NCBI GenBank assembly: GCA_964016885.1 | Contig: OZ024741.1 | Location: forward strand, 373,178,001-373,242,000 | Reading direction: 5' to 3' | DNA: 64,000 nucleotides | Source: Eledone cirrhosa | Taxonomy: Eukaryota | Shown here: piece after piece, positions 53,460 to 64,000 of the stretch | Layout of the letters: every line of letters begins with the position of its first letter | Position numbering within the stretch: the first letter of the stretch is position 1 | The notes under the pieces: generated by a model | Told to the model about the DNA's origin: nothing | Seen by the model: the letters and a program-made list of their open reading frames with translations, nothing else | Databases searched by the model: none | Position numbers and translations under genes: made by a program

Positions 53460-53659
53460 CCCTTTAGCATTTAATCTAACTGTTTCCGACCAGAATTCTC
53501 TCACATCTTTCTGTTCAAATCAGCTGTAAACGGCTGCTCATACTGATTTTAATGTATTGTTCTCAAAATAAATAATATCAAAATCTCATTGATTCGATAT
53601 GTGAGATAAAGCCTTTACCTTGAAAATATAATAGTATATATAATGTAAATGCTAAAGGG
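53460..53659. mobile_element. piggyBac-type MITE (opposite orientation)
   Basis: CCCTTTAGCATTTA TIRs; TTAA left, TTAG right. Confidence 0.8.
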
Positions 53660-53980
53660 TTAGGCTAGGTACTAGCTGCCAGCTGTATAGCATCTTAAAA
53701 AAAGGACAGAAAGTAGTATTAGTCACCCCTTACTCTAATATTAACATATTCATAAGGTATTTGAGAAATACAGGGTTTGATTCCCCTTAGGCACCACTGA
53801 CCATTTTTTTCTGACTCTTAGGGTAATTTACCTAATTTTCTCAACTATTACCTATAGGGATCAACCGTTATTACAGTTATATTCTGTGTTTAGGATTTTC
53901 ACATTTCAAAACTATCCCGGCACTTCGATGATTCATAAAGTATATACATACATACATACATACATACATACATACATACA

Positions 53981-54588
53981 TGGTGGCTGCCAACTCATTT
54001 TCGAGTACGGCCACTACTTTATATCCATATAGGAGAACCCCTACTGATGCACTGAACGAGTGTGACTTTTTAGTCCAGCCAGCGACTTGAAAACTCTGGT
54101 ACAAACACTACACTTGTGACAATTATTGACACATAGTGCTGGGCCCATGGTACCATGTGACGACAAGCGCAGAGAGATCTCCAGATATAAAGCAATGCCT
54201 GTGCCGTGAAGCTTTTATAGTGAGCAAAGGCACTGCAGAAAGCCAGTCCCACTCTCTTAACCAAGATGATATTTACCAAAAAGAAGAACAAGTCAACATC
54301 ATTGGATACCATCAGGGTTGCAGGTGTTATATCAGAGTTTTCCTTCTCCTAGAATTCTGCCTTGACAAAGGCTAAGGGGTCATCTCTCCAGGTGATTTTG
54401 GATGGCCATTGACTCTTAAGAGCTCCTTTGCTCTTTGACAGGTTTTGTTTTTAGTCCTGCAGGATGTCCAAAGTCACCCTCCTCACCAAGAAACCTTGGT
54501 GGGGTTGCCAGTTTAGTCGCCAATGATCCGACCATGAGACAGGTTGTACTGAGATACATGTTACCAGTAGCACCAACTGGTGACCTGA
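53981..54588 (-). mobile_element. Non-autonomous internally deleted RTE-like element, copy 2
   Basis: Reverse complement of 2373-2964 with about 16 extra 5' bases; (TACA)n on both sides. Confidence 0.78.
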
Positions 54589-56569
54589 CATACATACATA
54601 CATACATACATACATACATACAAGTATGTATGTATAGTCACATTACTTTTAAGCATTAAACTAATATATTTTTTTTATGTACTGTGCTGTTTGTTTTCTT
54701 ATTTTTGTTATTGCTGTTTACCTTTTATACACACACACACATATCAATCTGGCTGTTGAAACAGCAAGAGCTCAGTCGTCGAGATTCCGACTCTTTACAC
54801 ACATATATATATATATACATACATATAAATATATGTATGTGTGTGTGTTTGTGTGTGTATGTGTATCGTGGTTTGGGAGCGGTAGAAACCGTTAGTAGTA
54901 GTAGAAGTTACAACAGCAGCTAAGATATATCAACACAGTGAACTAATGTTTTTGTTTTTTTGTTTCTTTTTTTCCTGAAGACTTGACTTTTATTCAATCA
55001 AGCAAAAATAATATAAAGAAGGAACGAAAAGAGAAAGACAAGAATTGGCTCTATTAGTACTGTTTGTTGACTAATTACATCTAACTATTTACTTGAGGGG
55101 TGGGGGCTGTTTTCAACCAATTAACTCTTCAATTATTATAGAATATGCAATATGAAATATATGACCTTTTAAAGCCTGATACTGTGGAAATCATGTGCTA
55201 TGAATATTAAGTAAATCTCTTTATTTCCCCGCTCTCTCTTACCACCACCCATCAATATGGTTTTCATATTGCTCCATCCTACATTACTTACTGTTGACAT
55301 CATCTTTCAATCTGTCTCTCATCTGTTACTCTCTCTTCCTTTACCATGTCTCACCCCTACCAATCTTTCTTGCCTCATCACATCACACATGCTGGTTTTC
55401 TATTCAATATCCTTACCAACAACCAGCGTGTGGCTGTCTATCACTGTCTCTCTCTTCTATTACTTCCTCATTTATCACCATATTGCTCCTGTCACTATTT
55501 TTCCAATCATACTCTCTCTTCTATCAGCTTCTTGTTCTGGTTCTTTCTCTTCCATTCCTTGCTTCTCTCCTCATTGTCTTGGTTATATTGCCTTGAGTGG
55601 ACAGGGGAAACAAAAAATAGAGAAAACTCTTTAGTCTTGCCAGGCCAACAGTTCTTTAGAGCTGATGCCATGATCAAATGTACCCAGTATACCCTGAGAA
55701 TTGGATGGAAAGATGGCCACCCAATGTCAGAAACTATGCCTAAATTAACATGTACAGGTAAGGCAGTAACTACAAATAAGAACTGATTCAGACCATAACA
55801 GACTGTTCAACCCAGCATGGCGAAGTGGGTGTAACATACTGCTGCTCATGATGATGATACATACAGTTTTGAGAATTGTCATTTCTTGACCTTTTTCTCA
55901 TACATTAGTGACACAAATACAACCTATGCTGCAGAAAAAAAGAAAAAGGTTGTGCTCAAGTCATTTAGATCAAGTTTTTTTTTGGGGGGGGGGGGGAGTC
56001 ATAGTGAGTTTCATAAGACCAAGGAAGTCACTAATGTTTTTACATAAGTGACCATCAAAAATCTAAATCAATTAAAAGTATATTTACTTGTGTTATTATA
56101 CAATGCATTATTCATTTCACAATTAAAAACATTTCATAATGTAAATATATATTTGATAATCGATGAACTTTTTCTCATCAATTTTATGGACCACATTCTG
56201 AAAAATGTTCTACACCACTGATTTAGAGCTATTTGTTTATGCTTCATTTAGCAGTTGCTGAATCAAATGCAATTAATTTTGTTGATGCTTGTCAAACTAG
56301 CACTACTTTCCATACATAACAAAATGTTTATATATGAAATGTTTTACTTGAATTCAGACAGCATGGTAAGTATAATAGGATGAAAGAGAGAGCTATGGGA
56401 ACTCAACCTTACTGTAGTTTATTTCATACCTGCATGCTCTCCTTAACCCTTTCAATATCATATTTCCAATGAAAGATACTGCCTATGATTTTCAAATAAT
56501 TTTGAAAATATTCAAAAATTTTGAAAGACACAATTTTAGTAATATAACAAACTTTCTCATTGAAATCAT

Positions 56570-57930
56570 TGCAGCATATACTTATGTCCTTTTACATCCT
56601 GAGTTCAAATCCTGCCACGGCTAGTTTTGGCTTTCATCCTTATGGGGTTGATAAAATGAAATAGTAGTAACACACTGGAGTCGATGTAATCAACTTTTCC
56701 TTCCCCCAAAATTGTTGGCTTTGATCCTAAATCAGAGTGGATTGGCAGTATCGGTAGAGGGTCGGACGCCATGCTTTCCAGCATAGTTATGTCCCTTTAT
56801 GATCTGAGTTCAAATCCCGCCGAGGTTGACTTTGTCTTTCATCCTTACGGAGTCGATAAAATAAAGTACCAGTAATGCACTGGGTATTTGCTGGCCTTGT
56901 GCCTAAAGTAGAAACAATTATTATTATAGGTAAGTATGTTTTGAAACAGCGAGCAAATTTGAAATTAGAAATAATAGCTTTCGCTGTATTTTTGACTAAA
57001 GAAATTTTAACTTGATAGTGGGGTTTAGAACCCTCAAAGAAATGGAATAAGATGAGTATTGACGTATGCACATCAATATGCATCTTTTTCCATTTCTTTG
57101 GGGGTTCTAAACCCCACTATCAGGCTAAAATTTCTTTAGTCAAAAATACAGCGAAAGCTTCTATTTCTAATTCCAGAAAGCATTATTATTATTTGATTTC
57201 ACCCTTACGGGGTCGATAAAATAAAGTACCACTAATACACTGGGATTATTGCTGGCCTTGTGCCAAAAGTAGAAACAATTATTATTATTTGATTTGGCAG
57301 TATCAGTAGAGAGTCAGATACCATGTTTTGCAGCATAGAGTTATGGCCCTTTACGTCCTAGGTTCAAATCCGTTGAGGTTAATTTTACCTTTCATCCTTA
57401 CGGGGTCGATAAAATAAAGCACCAGTAATGCACTGGGGTAATTGCTGGCCTTGTGCCAAAAGTAGAAACATTATTATTAGAGAAATCATTATTAAGCTGG
57501 TGTAGGCTGGAGGATTTGTTGAGTTGTTAGAGCATCAGATAAAGATTAAGTAGTATTTGTTGCAGGTCTTTCTGAGTTCAAATCCCACTGAGGTCAACTT
57601 TGCCTTTCATCCGTCTGAGGATGTAAGACAAACTAGTAGTGAAGTACTGGGGTTTATATGCTGTATTTCCTGGCGTTGAAGACGCTACTTTTCTTTTAAA
57701 ATATAACAAAAATCTACCATGCGTCCTGGAGGCTGAAGGTTGTTTATTATTTTTTTGGCAGTATCGGTAGAGGGTTGGGCGCCATGCTTTCCAGCATAGT
57801 TACGTCCCTTTGCGGTCTGAGTTCAAATCCTGCCGAGGTTAACTTTGCCTTTCATCCTTACGGGGTCCATAAAATAAAGTACCAGTAATGTACTGGGTAA
57901 TTGATGGCCTTGTGCCAAAAGTAGAAACAA
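56570..57930 (+). mobile_element. Stack of five to six family A SINEs with nested inserts
   Basis: Copies at about 56570, 56737, 57200, 57294, 57505, 57757, all plus strand. Confidence 0.85.
56928..57181. mobile_element. Leader plus ~100-bp-arm hairpin element, copy 2
   Basis: Arms about 56962-57062 / 57073-57173; flanked by ATTATTATTAT on both sides. Confidence 0.7.
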
Positions 57931-58009
57931 TTTTTTTTTTTCAAATTTTTGGTTGACAAAATAAGGGTGTGTCCTCAAGGATTAAGCATCTTCTGTGCCA
58001 GGAAATATG
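57661..58009. mobile_element. Tc1/mariner-type MITE interrupted by a SINE
   Basis: TIR CTGTATTTCCTGGC / GCCAGGAAATATGG. Confidence 0.55.
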
Positions 58010-58084
58010 GTTATCAACTTTCCTTTTTTCCTCAAAATTGTTAGCCTTGTGCTTAAATTAGAAATAATTATTAAGCTGTTGTTT

Positions 58085-58345
58085 GAAACTGTACGAGAAC
58101 CTTTATCCATTATCAGACATCATTGCATTGTTGGAGAGCTAAAGACAAAATTGTTAGTGAAGTTCTTTTGTGGGAGCCTACACAAGGAAGAGCTAGCAGA
58201 AGATGACAAGCCAAGACCTATATCAAGCAGATTTCTGATGACATAAACTGCAATCCCTCTGACCTGTTGAATATGAAGAACAATAGAATTGGATGGCGAC
58301 AGAGAGTAAAGGGAATGCTTGCAAGCAGTGTGGCCTATTGATTAA
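58085..58345 (+). mobile_element. Decayed RTE/RTEX-like 3' fragment
   Basis: VLLWEPTQGR...AKTYI motif. Confidence 0.5.
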
Positions 58346-59862
58346 TTGATACATAGCTTATAACAAAGATTCTTACTAACAATAATGATGGATAGTTTTT
58401 AGATACATATAAACAGTTTTGGGCAGTTAGATATCAAAATGGTTAACTTGAATTTTAATCTAAAACATGTTCCCATTATGAACACCTAATATTATTCCAT
58501 ACACATCAGGTCAGATTAAATGAGAACTTAACAGAATCTTAAAAGCACCTGGTTGCATTCTTTCTCTCCAGCAAGGTCCATCCACATCATTATTTTTATC
58601 GATTTAATATCTAAACTAAACCAATTTCATTATAATGTTCTAGAATTATCATCTGCAACCTGTTTTTTTTTTGTTTCTTTTACCTTTCAAACATGAAAAC
58701 TACGAATTAATTAATCCTCCTTTTTCTATTTCTAGATATTGAACCAAACCTCCGCAGTTTTAAAGACTGATTCTTGCATGTCCCCAGGAAACTCCAATTT
58801 AACTAATATGTGCCTCTTTACTATTTTAACATTATCTTTTTAATATATATTTTTTTAAATTCTAATCTCCCCACTCACCCATCCACATAGCCACAATATT
58901 TATTATTATACTCAGCAACTTGTCTGTGTTCAGTCTTCTTTATTTTTTTTTGCTTATTATTAATGTAAATATTTTATTTATAATTATCTTATTAATTCTT
59001 CAACAGGTAAAAGGTGAAAACCCATAGGGAAACTTCTTTTCAGCACTGCTTATTACTAAAAATTATATATTGTTCATTGAAATTGTGTGTGTGTGGGGAG
59101 GGGGCATATATAAACTGACCAACTTGCTACTTCATTATAGCAATGCTTTGCATTTGACCCCACTATTTAGTACCTTGAGTAGGTGTCTTCTATCATATAG
59201 CCATGAGTTGACCCAAGGGTTATAATATTGAGGAGAGAGGCTGTGAAATCCTGTCAGATGTACAGTATTTATAATTCAAGATGCCAACGTTGTCAAATAC
59301 AATATCATTTCAATTCAATGAGAGAGTCTGTATGAAAATAGCAACCAAATATCCTCCTAATTACACAATATTGTCAAAAAAAAAAGAAGAATGGATAATG
59401 CAGTTTTATATAAATATATTATAAGGCGTTGAATTGGCCGAGTCATTAAGACATCGGGAAGAATGCTTTACAGTATTCGTTCCGCCTCATTGCGTGCTCT
59501 GAGTTCAAATCCTGCTGTGGTCAACTTTGCCTTTCATCCTTTCGAGGTCGATAAAAAAGTACAAGTCTGGTACTGGGGTCAATTCTTCCTCAATAGAAAA
59601 AATCGACTGTGTTCAGACCTGGAGTGGGTGGGGTTTCGCAATGTTTAAAGGTGCCCTAGACTCGCCATTTGGTAGTGCCTCTATGACCCCACAAGGAGTT
59701 GTGGGATCTTTATCCTTTATGCTATATAAATATATTACCTGAAAAATAGAAAATGATAGGATGGAATTCCTTTCACTATATGTCTGAATATATTATATAA
59801 TGTAGTCTGGAGTACACCATGACTAAATAAAGATAGGATGGTCATGGTTAGAAGGATTTTAA

Positions 59863-60069
59863 CCCTTTAGCATTTACATTACTCTATATTTACTATTGTA
59901 ATTTCACAGTAAACACTTTATTTCACATATTTATCTTACATAATATCGAATCTATGAGATTTTGATATTATTTTGAGAACAATAAATATGAGCAGCTGGT
60001 TTTGGCCGGTTTGAACAGAAAGAGGTGAGAGAATTCTGGCCGGGTATGGCTGGTTTAAATGCTAAAGGG
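59863..60069. mobile_element. piggyBac-type MITE inserted in a SINE tail
   Basis: TIRs as in the other copies; host tail GGATGGTCATGG...CTAAACAACAAC is split around it. Confidence 0.8.
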
Positions 60070-60786
60070 TTATGGCTGTTCAATCCAAGTTGACCTTTGA
60101 CTAAACAACAACAGTTAACATGCATGTAGTTAGAAAATGACAAAATGAATGTCTTCATCAAACAACATGACTAATTTACTAATGAAATTAACTACACATA
60201 CACAGAATCAAAGCTCCTATGGATGTAATTTAATCTATAATACTATCCCTTGTAAATACACATCAAAACAGTCGCAAAACAATAAAATATATTAAATAAA
60301 ACACCTGAATATTATTAGATAAAACTACAAACTAAAATATAACATATTTAATGTACAATATAGCATATTTAATGTTCTACATCTTCTGCCATTTACCAGC
60401 AGATAGCCTGCTGGGAATACTTTTCAACATCATCTACTATTGTTGCTGAGTTAGAGATTTCTTACATTATATTTCATCATCATTATCATCATTTAATGTC
60501 TGATTTTCCATGCTAACATGAGTTGAATGAGGTTTTTGTTTTGTTTTGAGACTGTGTTTTATATAGCCAGATTCCCTCTCTCTTTTACCTCAAACTATTT
60601 AGTCGTCTTTCATAACAAGCAAGTATATTATGTATCTATTCCAATATTGATTTCTAATTTAGTCACAAGGCCAGCATATTTGGAAGAAAGGCAAAGTTGA
60701 TTAAATCAGCCCCAGTAATTGACTGATACTTTAGTTTCAGATGAAAGACGAAGTTGACTTTGGCAGTATTTGAATTCATAAGTTAA

Positions 60787-61007
60787 CCCTTTAGCATTTA
60801 CATTACTCTATATTTACTATTGTATTTTCATGGTAAAGGCTTTATTTCACGTAATTATCTCACATAATATCGAACCTACAAGATTTTGATATTATTTATT
60901 TTGAGAACAATACCTTAACATCAGTTTGAGCAGTCGATTATGGCCGATTTGAACAAAAAGAGGTGAGAGAATTCTGGCCAGATACAGCTGGTTTGAATGC
61001 TAAAGTG
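60787..61007. mobile_element. piggyBac-type MITE inserted in an old family A SINE
   Basis: TTAA TSDs; host SINE pieces at 60645-60780 and 61010-61075. Confidence 0.8.
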
Positions 61008-61346
61008 TTAAAGAACTGGAATAAATACTGCAATGGCATTTTATCCAGCACTCTACCAATTCTGCCAATCCAACACCCTTTACCTATTCTAATATTTGGA
61101 GACACATGGTATGGCATTAAATTCTTACATATTATTTATTATTTCTAGAAAAATTAAACTGTTTTAGTAGTAAAAATTTCAAAATTTTCCTGAGAAAATA
61201 CAGAAAATTTTCTTTAAAAATGTTCTGTAATTGAATAATTTATGAAATAAATTCAGTACGTTATTCTGGGAATGCATTTTAAGTTATTTGGCTTCATATA
61301 ATGAAACATGCCTGAAGCCTTTCATTTCATAGATATTAGCAGAACA

Positions 61347-61405
61347 GATTTTGTCTTTTCAAAATAGGTTTTGTCTTTTCAAAATAGGTTTTGTCTTTTC
61401 AAAAT
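61347..61405. repeat. 20-bp tandem repeat x3
   Basis: TTTTGTCTTTTCAAAATAGG. Confidence 0.9.
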
Positions 61406-62189
61406 ATTATATTATATGTGATCACATTTTAAATATATTTATTTCATTTCATCATATTTCTTCATAATTAGTTTAGAATTTTATTTATTTATTTATTTTA
61501 CTTGAGAATTTCTTTTTCTTTTATCTTGAATAAGAATTGTTTTATTTAGCTTTTAAATCCATTTTCAAAAAGTTGATCATAATAAAAGTCAGTTAAAAGC
61601 TCCCATCCTCATAGTTGCTGCTACTAAATAAGTATTACAACTACGTCATGTGCCAAAATGTTATATCTATTTAACACTAGGTTTGTTTCTCAAATTAATA
61701 TACCACAACCAGGTTATTCAGTTACTACAAGTTCTTTGCTTTCACTGTTCATAATTAGCTGCTACAAGTATCACACTTTTTAGTCTTTTATTATGGGCAA
61801 ACTGTTGTTCAGAAAGGCAGAATTTTATCTACTGAGGCAGTAATGCTAAATGTATTCTACCTATGTTGAACACAGTGATCCTTTTCAGGGATTCTGAGAC
61901 TGGTTAGAGGAAAGAAGTTAACCTCAAGCTAGAGACTTTGCCCAAATGCTTGCAACAGAGCAGACTCTGTTAAAGGAACATAAGAGTCAGGTGGTGGTGT
62001 TAAAATAAGTGCTGGATTTCACATGTCATCTAAGAAAGCCACAGCAGGATTTGAACTCAGAATGGTATAAATACTGGTATAAATACTGTAAGGCATCTTT
62101 TCTGATGCTCTGATATTTCCCCTTATGCACCACCCTGGAGTGGTATCTTATTTTATCAGCCCTCTAAAAAGTATTCGTGCAAACTCTTA

Positions 62190-62470
62190 CATATGGTCAT
62201 GAATATTGGGTAATGACTGAAAAAATACAATTGCAAATTCAAGCAGCTGAAATGGGGTACCTCCAAAGGGTCTTTGGAGTAACATTACCCAATAGAGTGT
62301 ACACACTCAGAGATCAGACAGTTACAGCAGGTAGAACTACTACTTCGCTGAATTGAAAGATCACAGCTTTGATGATACAGACATGTGGTCACAATATCTC
62401 ACAAAAGAAATGCTGGACAGATTTATAGGCAAAACCAACCAGCAGGAGGCCTAGGGGTAGACTCTAACCA
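62190..62470 (+). mobile_element. RTE (Expander/Rex3-like) fragment
   Basis: YGHEYWVMTEKIQLQIQAAEMGYLQRVFGVT..RV; AKPTSRRPRGR. Confidence 0.8.
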
Positions 62471-62947
62471 TGTTGTGGTTAACTGTGCCTTTCATCCTTA
62501 CAGGGTCAATAAAATAAAGTACCAACTGAAGCAGCACTAGGAGGGGTATCAGGCTATAGAAACCATGCCAAAGCTGGAACATATGAGCAAGATGAGGTTT
62601 TCTAAGCCATCCAGTCTGAAACAATAACCTGTCCAATTCAGGCTAGTATGGAAATCAAAGATAAAATGATGATGATCATGATATGAAAAACATGAAATAT
62701 GATGGATGTAGCCTGATGGCATCTGTTGCCTCCCTACCAGTAATTGAGAGGGTTAGATTACGGTTTTGAAGGATGGGGTTGATTTTTACTATATGTTTTG
62801 TGAAATATGTGTCTGGTGAGTTGGGTCAGGTATAGGTTTATGGATTGTGTTTGCTTGAATTTGTGGATAGCATTGGTCTGGTATAAATTTGTTTGCATTC
62901 AAGTTTAGGGAATTGATGGTCAGGAATAAAGGCAAGCATTCGGGTAG

Positions 62948-63499
62948 GACCCCCACAATGAGGGGTCTTATCGGAATGCCTTGCTAAAGAATCTCCCTGT
63001 ACCTCTTGCCGTATCTGGCCACACTGAAAAGACTGTGGAATCTGCTACCCATGAAGTGATTGCCATTGGGGTACCAGAGGACAAGGCTGATCTTCAGGCA
63101 TTTGCTGCCAGCTCAGCCAAAGACCTAGGCTGTGTTCCCCCAAAGGGTGCTCTCCGCGTTGGTCGACCTGGTCCAAAACCCAGACTCATCAGGCTGTCTT
63201 TTTTGGACCCCGCTGAGGCAACCTCATACCATCTGGCCTCTGTTAAAGCTGGGCGTGAAAATCGGATTACCTTCCGAACACGCACAGGCCTACCACCCCA
63301 TGTACGTCCAAAGCTCCGTGCTGCAGCTTCCTTGAATCAGAACTCAGCACAACATGAAAGTTTTAGTCTGCGTGATGATGGGCAGATCTGGAGGTTTGTC
63401 AAGGCTGGTGAAACGTGGAAGAGAGATACCAGCTGGTCTGAGTGTGATCTACCCACAATAACTGGCAATGTAAAAACTGCTACAACTCTGGGAAACTAA
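62948..63499 (+). CDS. CR1-type LINE ORF1 (probably 5'-truncated)
   Basis: Open frame from 62948; VIAIGVPED and RVGRPGPKPRLIRLSF resemble the RRM-like ORF1 of CR1/L2 LINEs; directly upstream of an APE ORF. Confidence 0.75.
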   Translation, partial: DPHNEGSYRNALLKNLPVPLAVSGHTEKTVESATHEVIAIGVPEDKADLQAFAASSAKDLGCVPPKGALRVGRPGPKPRLIRLSFLDPAEATSYHLASVKAGRENRITFRTRTGLPPHVRPKLRAAASLNQNSAQHESFSLRDDGQIWRFVKAGETWKRDTSWSECDLPTITGNVKTATTLGN

Positions 63500-64000
63500 A
63501 CCAGAACAACCTGCCACCCTCTACACACCATCATAAACTGCGAGCAGGGTACAAATTGTTGTCCTTAAATGCTCGCAGTTTATGCAACAAGATACATTTG
63601 TTTGAATCCTACGTCAGAAGCATCGACCCTGACTTCATCACAGTCACAGAAACATGGGCACATTCCTTACTCTGTGATGGGGTTTTCAGCATTACTGGGT
63701 ACAACCTTTTCCACAAGGACCACATTAATCGCCGTGGTGGTGGTGGTGTGATGGTCTACATTCGTTCAAACTTTTCGGTAATTCCTTGCGTTGATTTGAA
63801 CGAATCACAGGAAGAAGTTTTGTTCTGTGACTTACGTATGACCATGTCAACACTTCTGCTTGGTGTTGTTTATCGCCCCCCAAACTACCATCAGGACACA
63901 CAGCTTTGCAATATCCTCAGAGTTGCTGCCAAGAAAACAGCCACTTATGTGTTTATTGCAGGTGACTTCAATCATCCTGAGATCGATTGGGAAACCTTTC
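63448..64000 (+). CDS. CR1-type LINE ORF2 N-terminus, apurinic-like endonuclease domain (runs off the window)
   Basis: Hand translation: LSLNARSLCNK, DFITVTETW, GYNLFHKD, RGGGGVMVYI, LGVVYRPP, IAGDFNHPEIDW; no stops; missing from the ORF track because it has no stop in the window. Confidence 0.92.

Noticed and set aside
55257-55786. Overlapping 100-146 aa ORFs
   Set aside because: Pyrimidine-rich low-complexity repeat-derived sequence with no domain signature
62945-62970. Hairpin TAGGACCCC...GGGGTCTTA resembling the ends of the 1198 element
   Set aside because: Only 9-10 bp of similarity; cannot be distinguished from coincidence

Overview
This is AT-rich, repeat-saturated eukaryotic DNA, most likely intronic or intergenic. 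The SINE repertoire resembles that of octopod cephalopods; this is recognised from memory, not from a database search. Nearly all long ORFs are microsatellite artefacts or retroelement remnants. Identified LINEs are several RTE-clade fragments, an R4/Dong-type restriction-like-endonuclease fragment, CR1-type 3' fragments, and an apparently intact CR1-type ORF1/ORF2 start at the right edge. There is also a Helitron Rep relic, piggyBac-, hAT- and Tc1/mariner-type MITEs, more than 50 SINE copies from about four modular families, and several mini/microsatellites. One candidate host coding exon lies on the minus strand (48456-48616). The most notable structures are: (i) fold-back inserts carrying hammerhead-ribozyme-like halves; (ii) a ~600 bp internally deleted RTE present twice in microsatellites; (iii) a G_GGA_AAC -1 slippery site at the CR1 ORF1/ORF2 junction; (iv) a ~1.06 kb TA tract whose interruption pattern is palindromic; (v) a leader+hairpin element family with 11-12 bp flanking duplications; and (vi) same-strand SINE stacks in opposite orientation flanking the candidate exon. 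No prokaryotic-type system or CRISPR array is present. Boundaries of decayed repeats are approximate.
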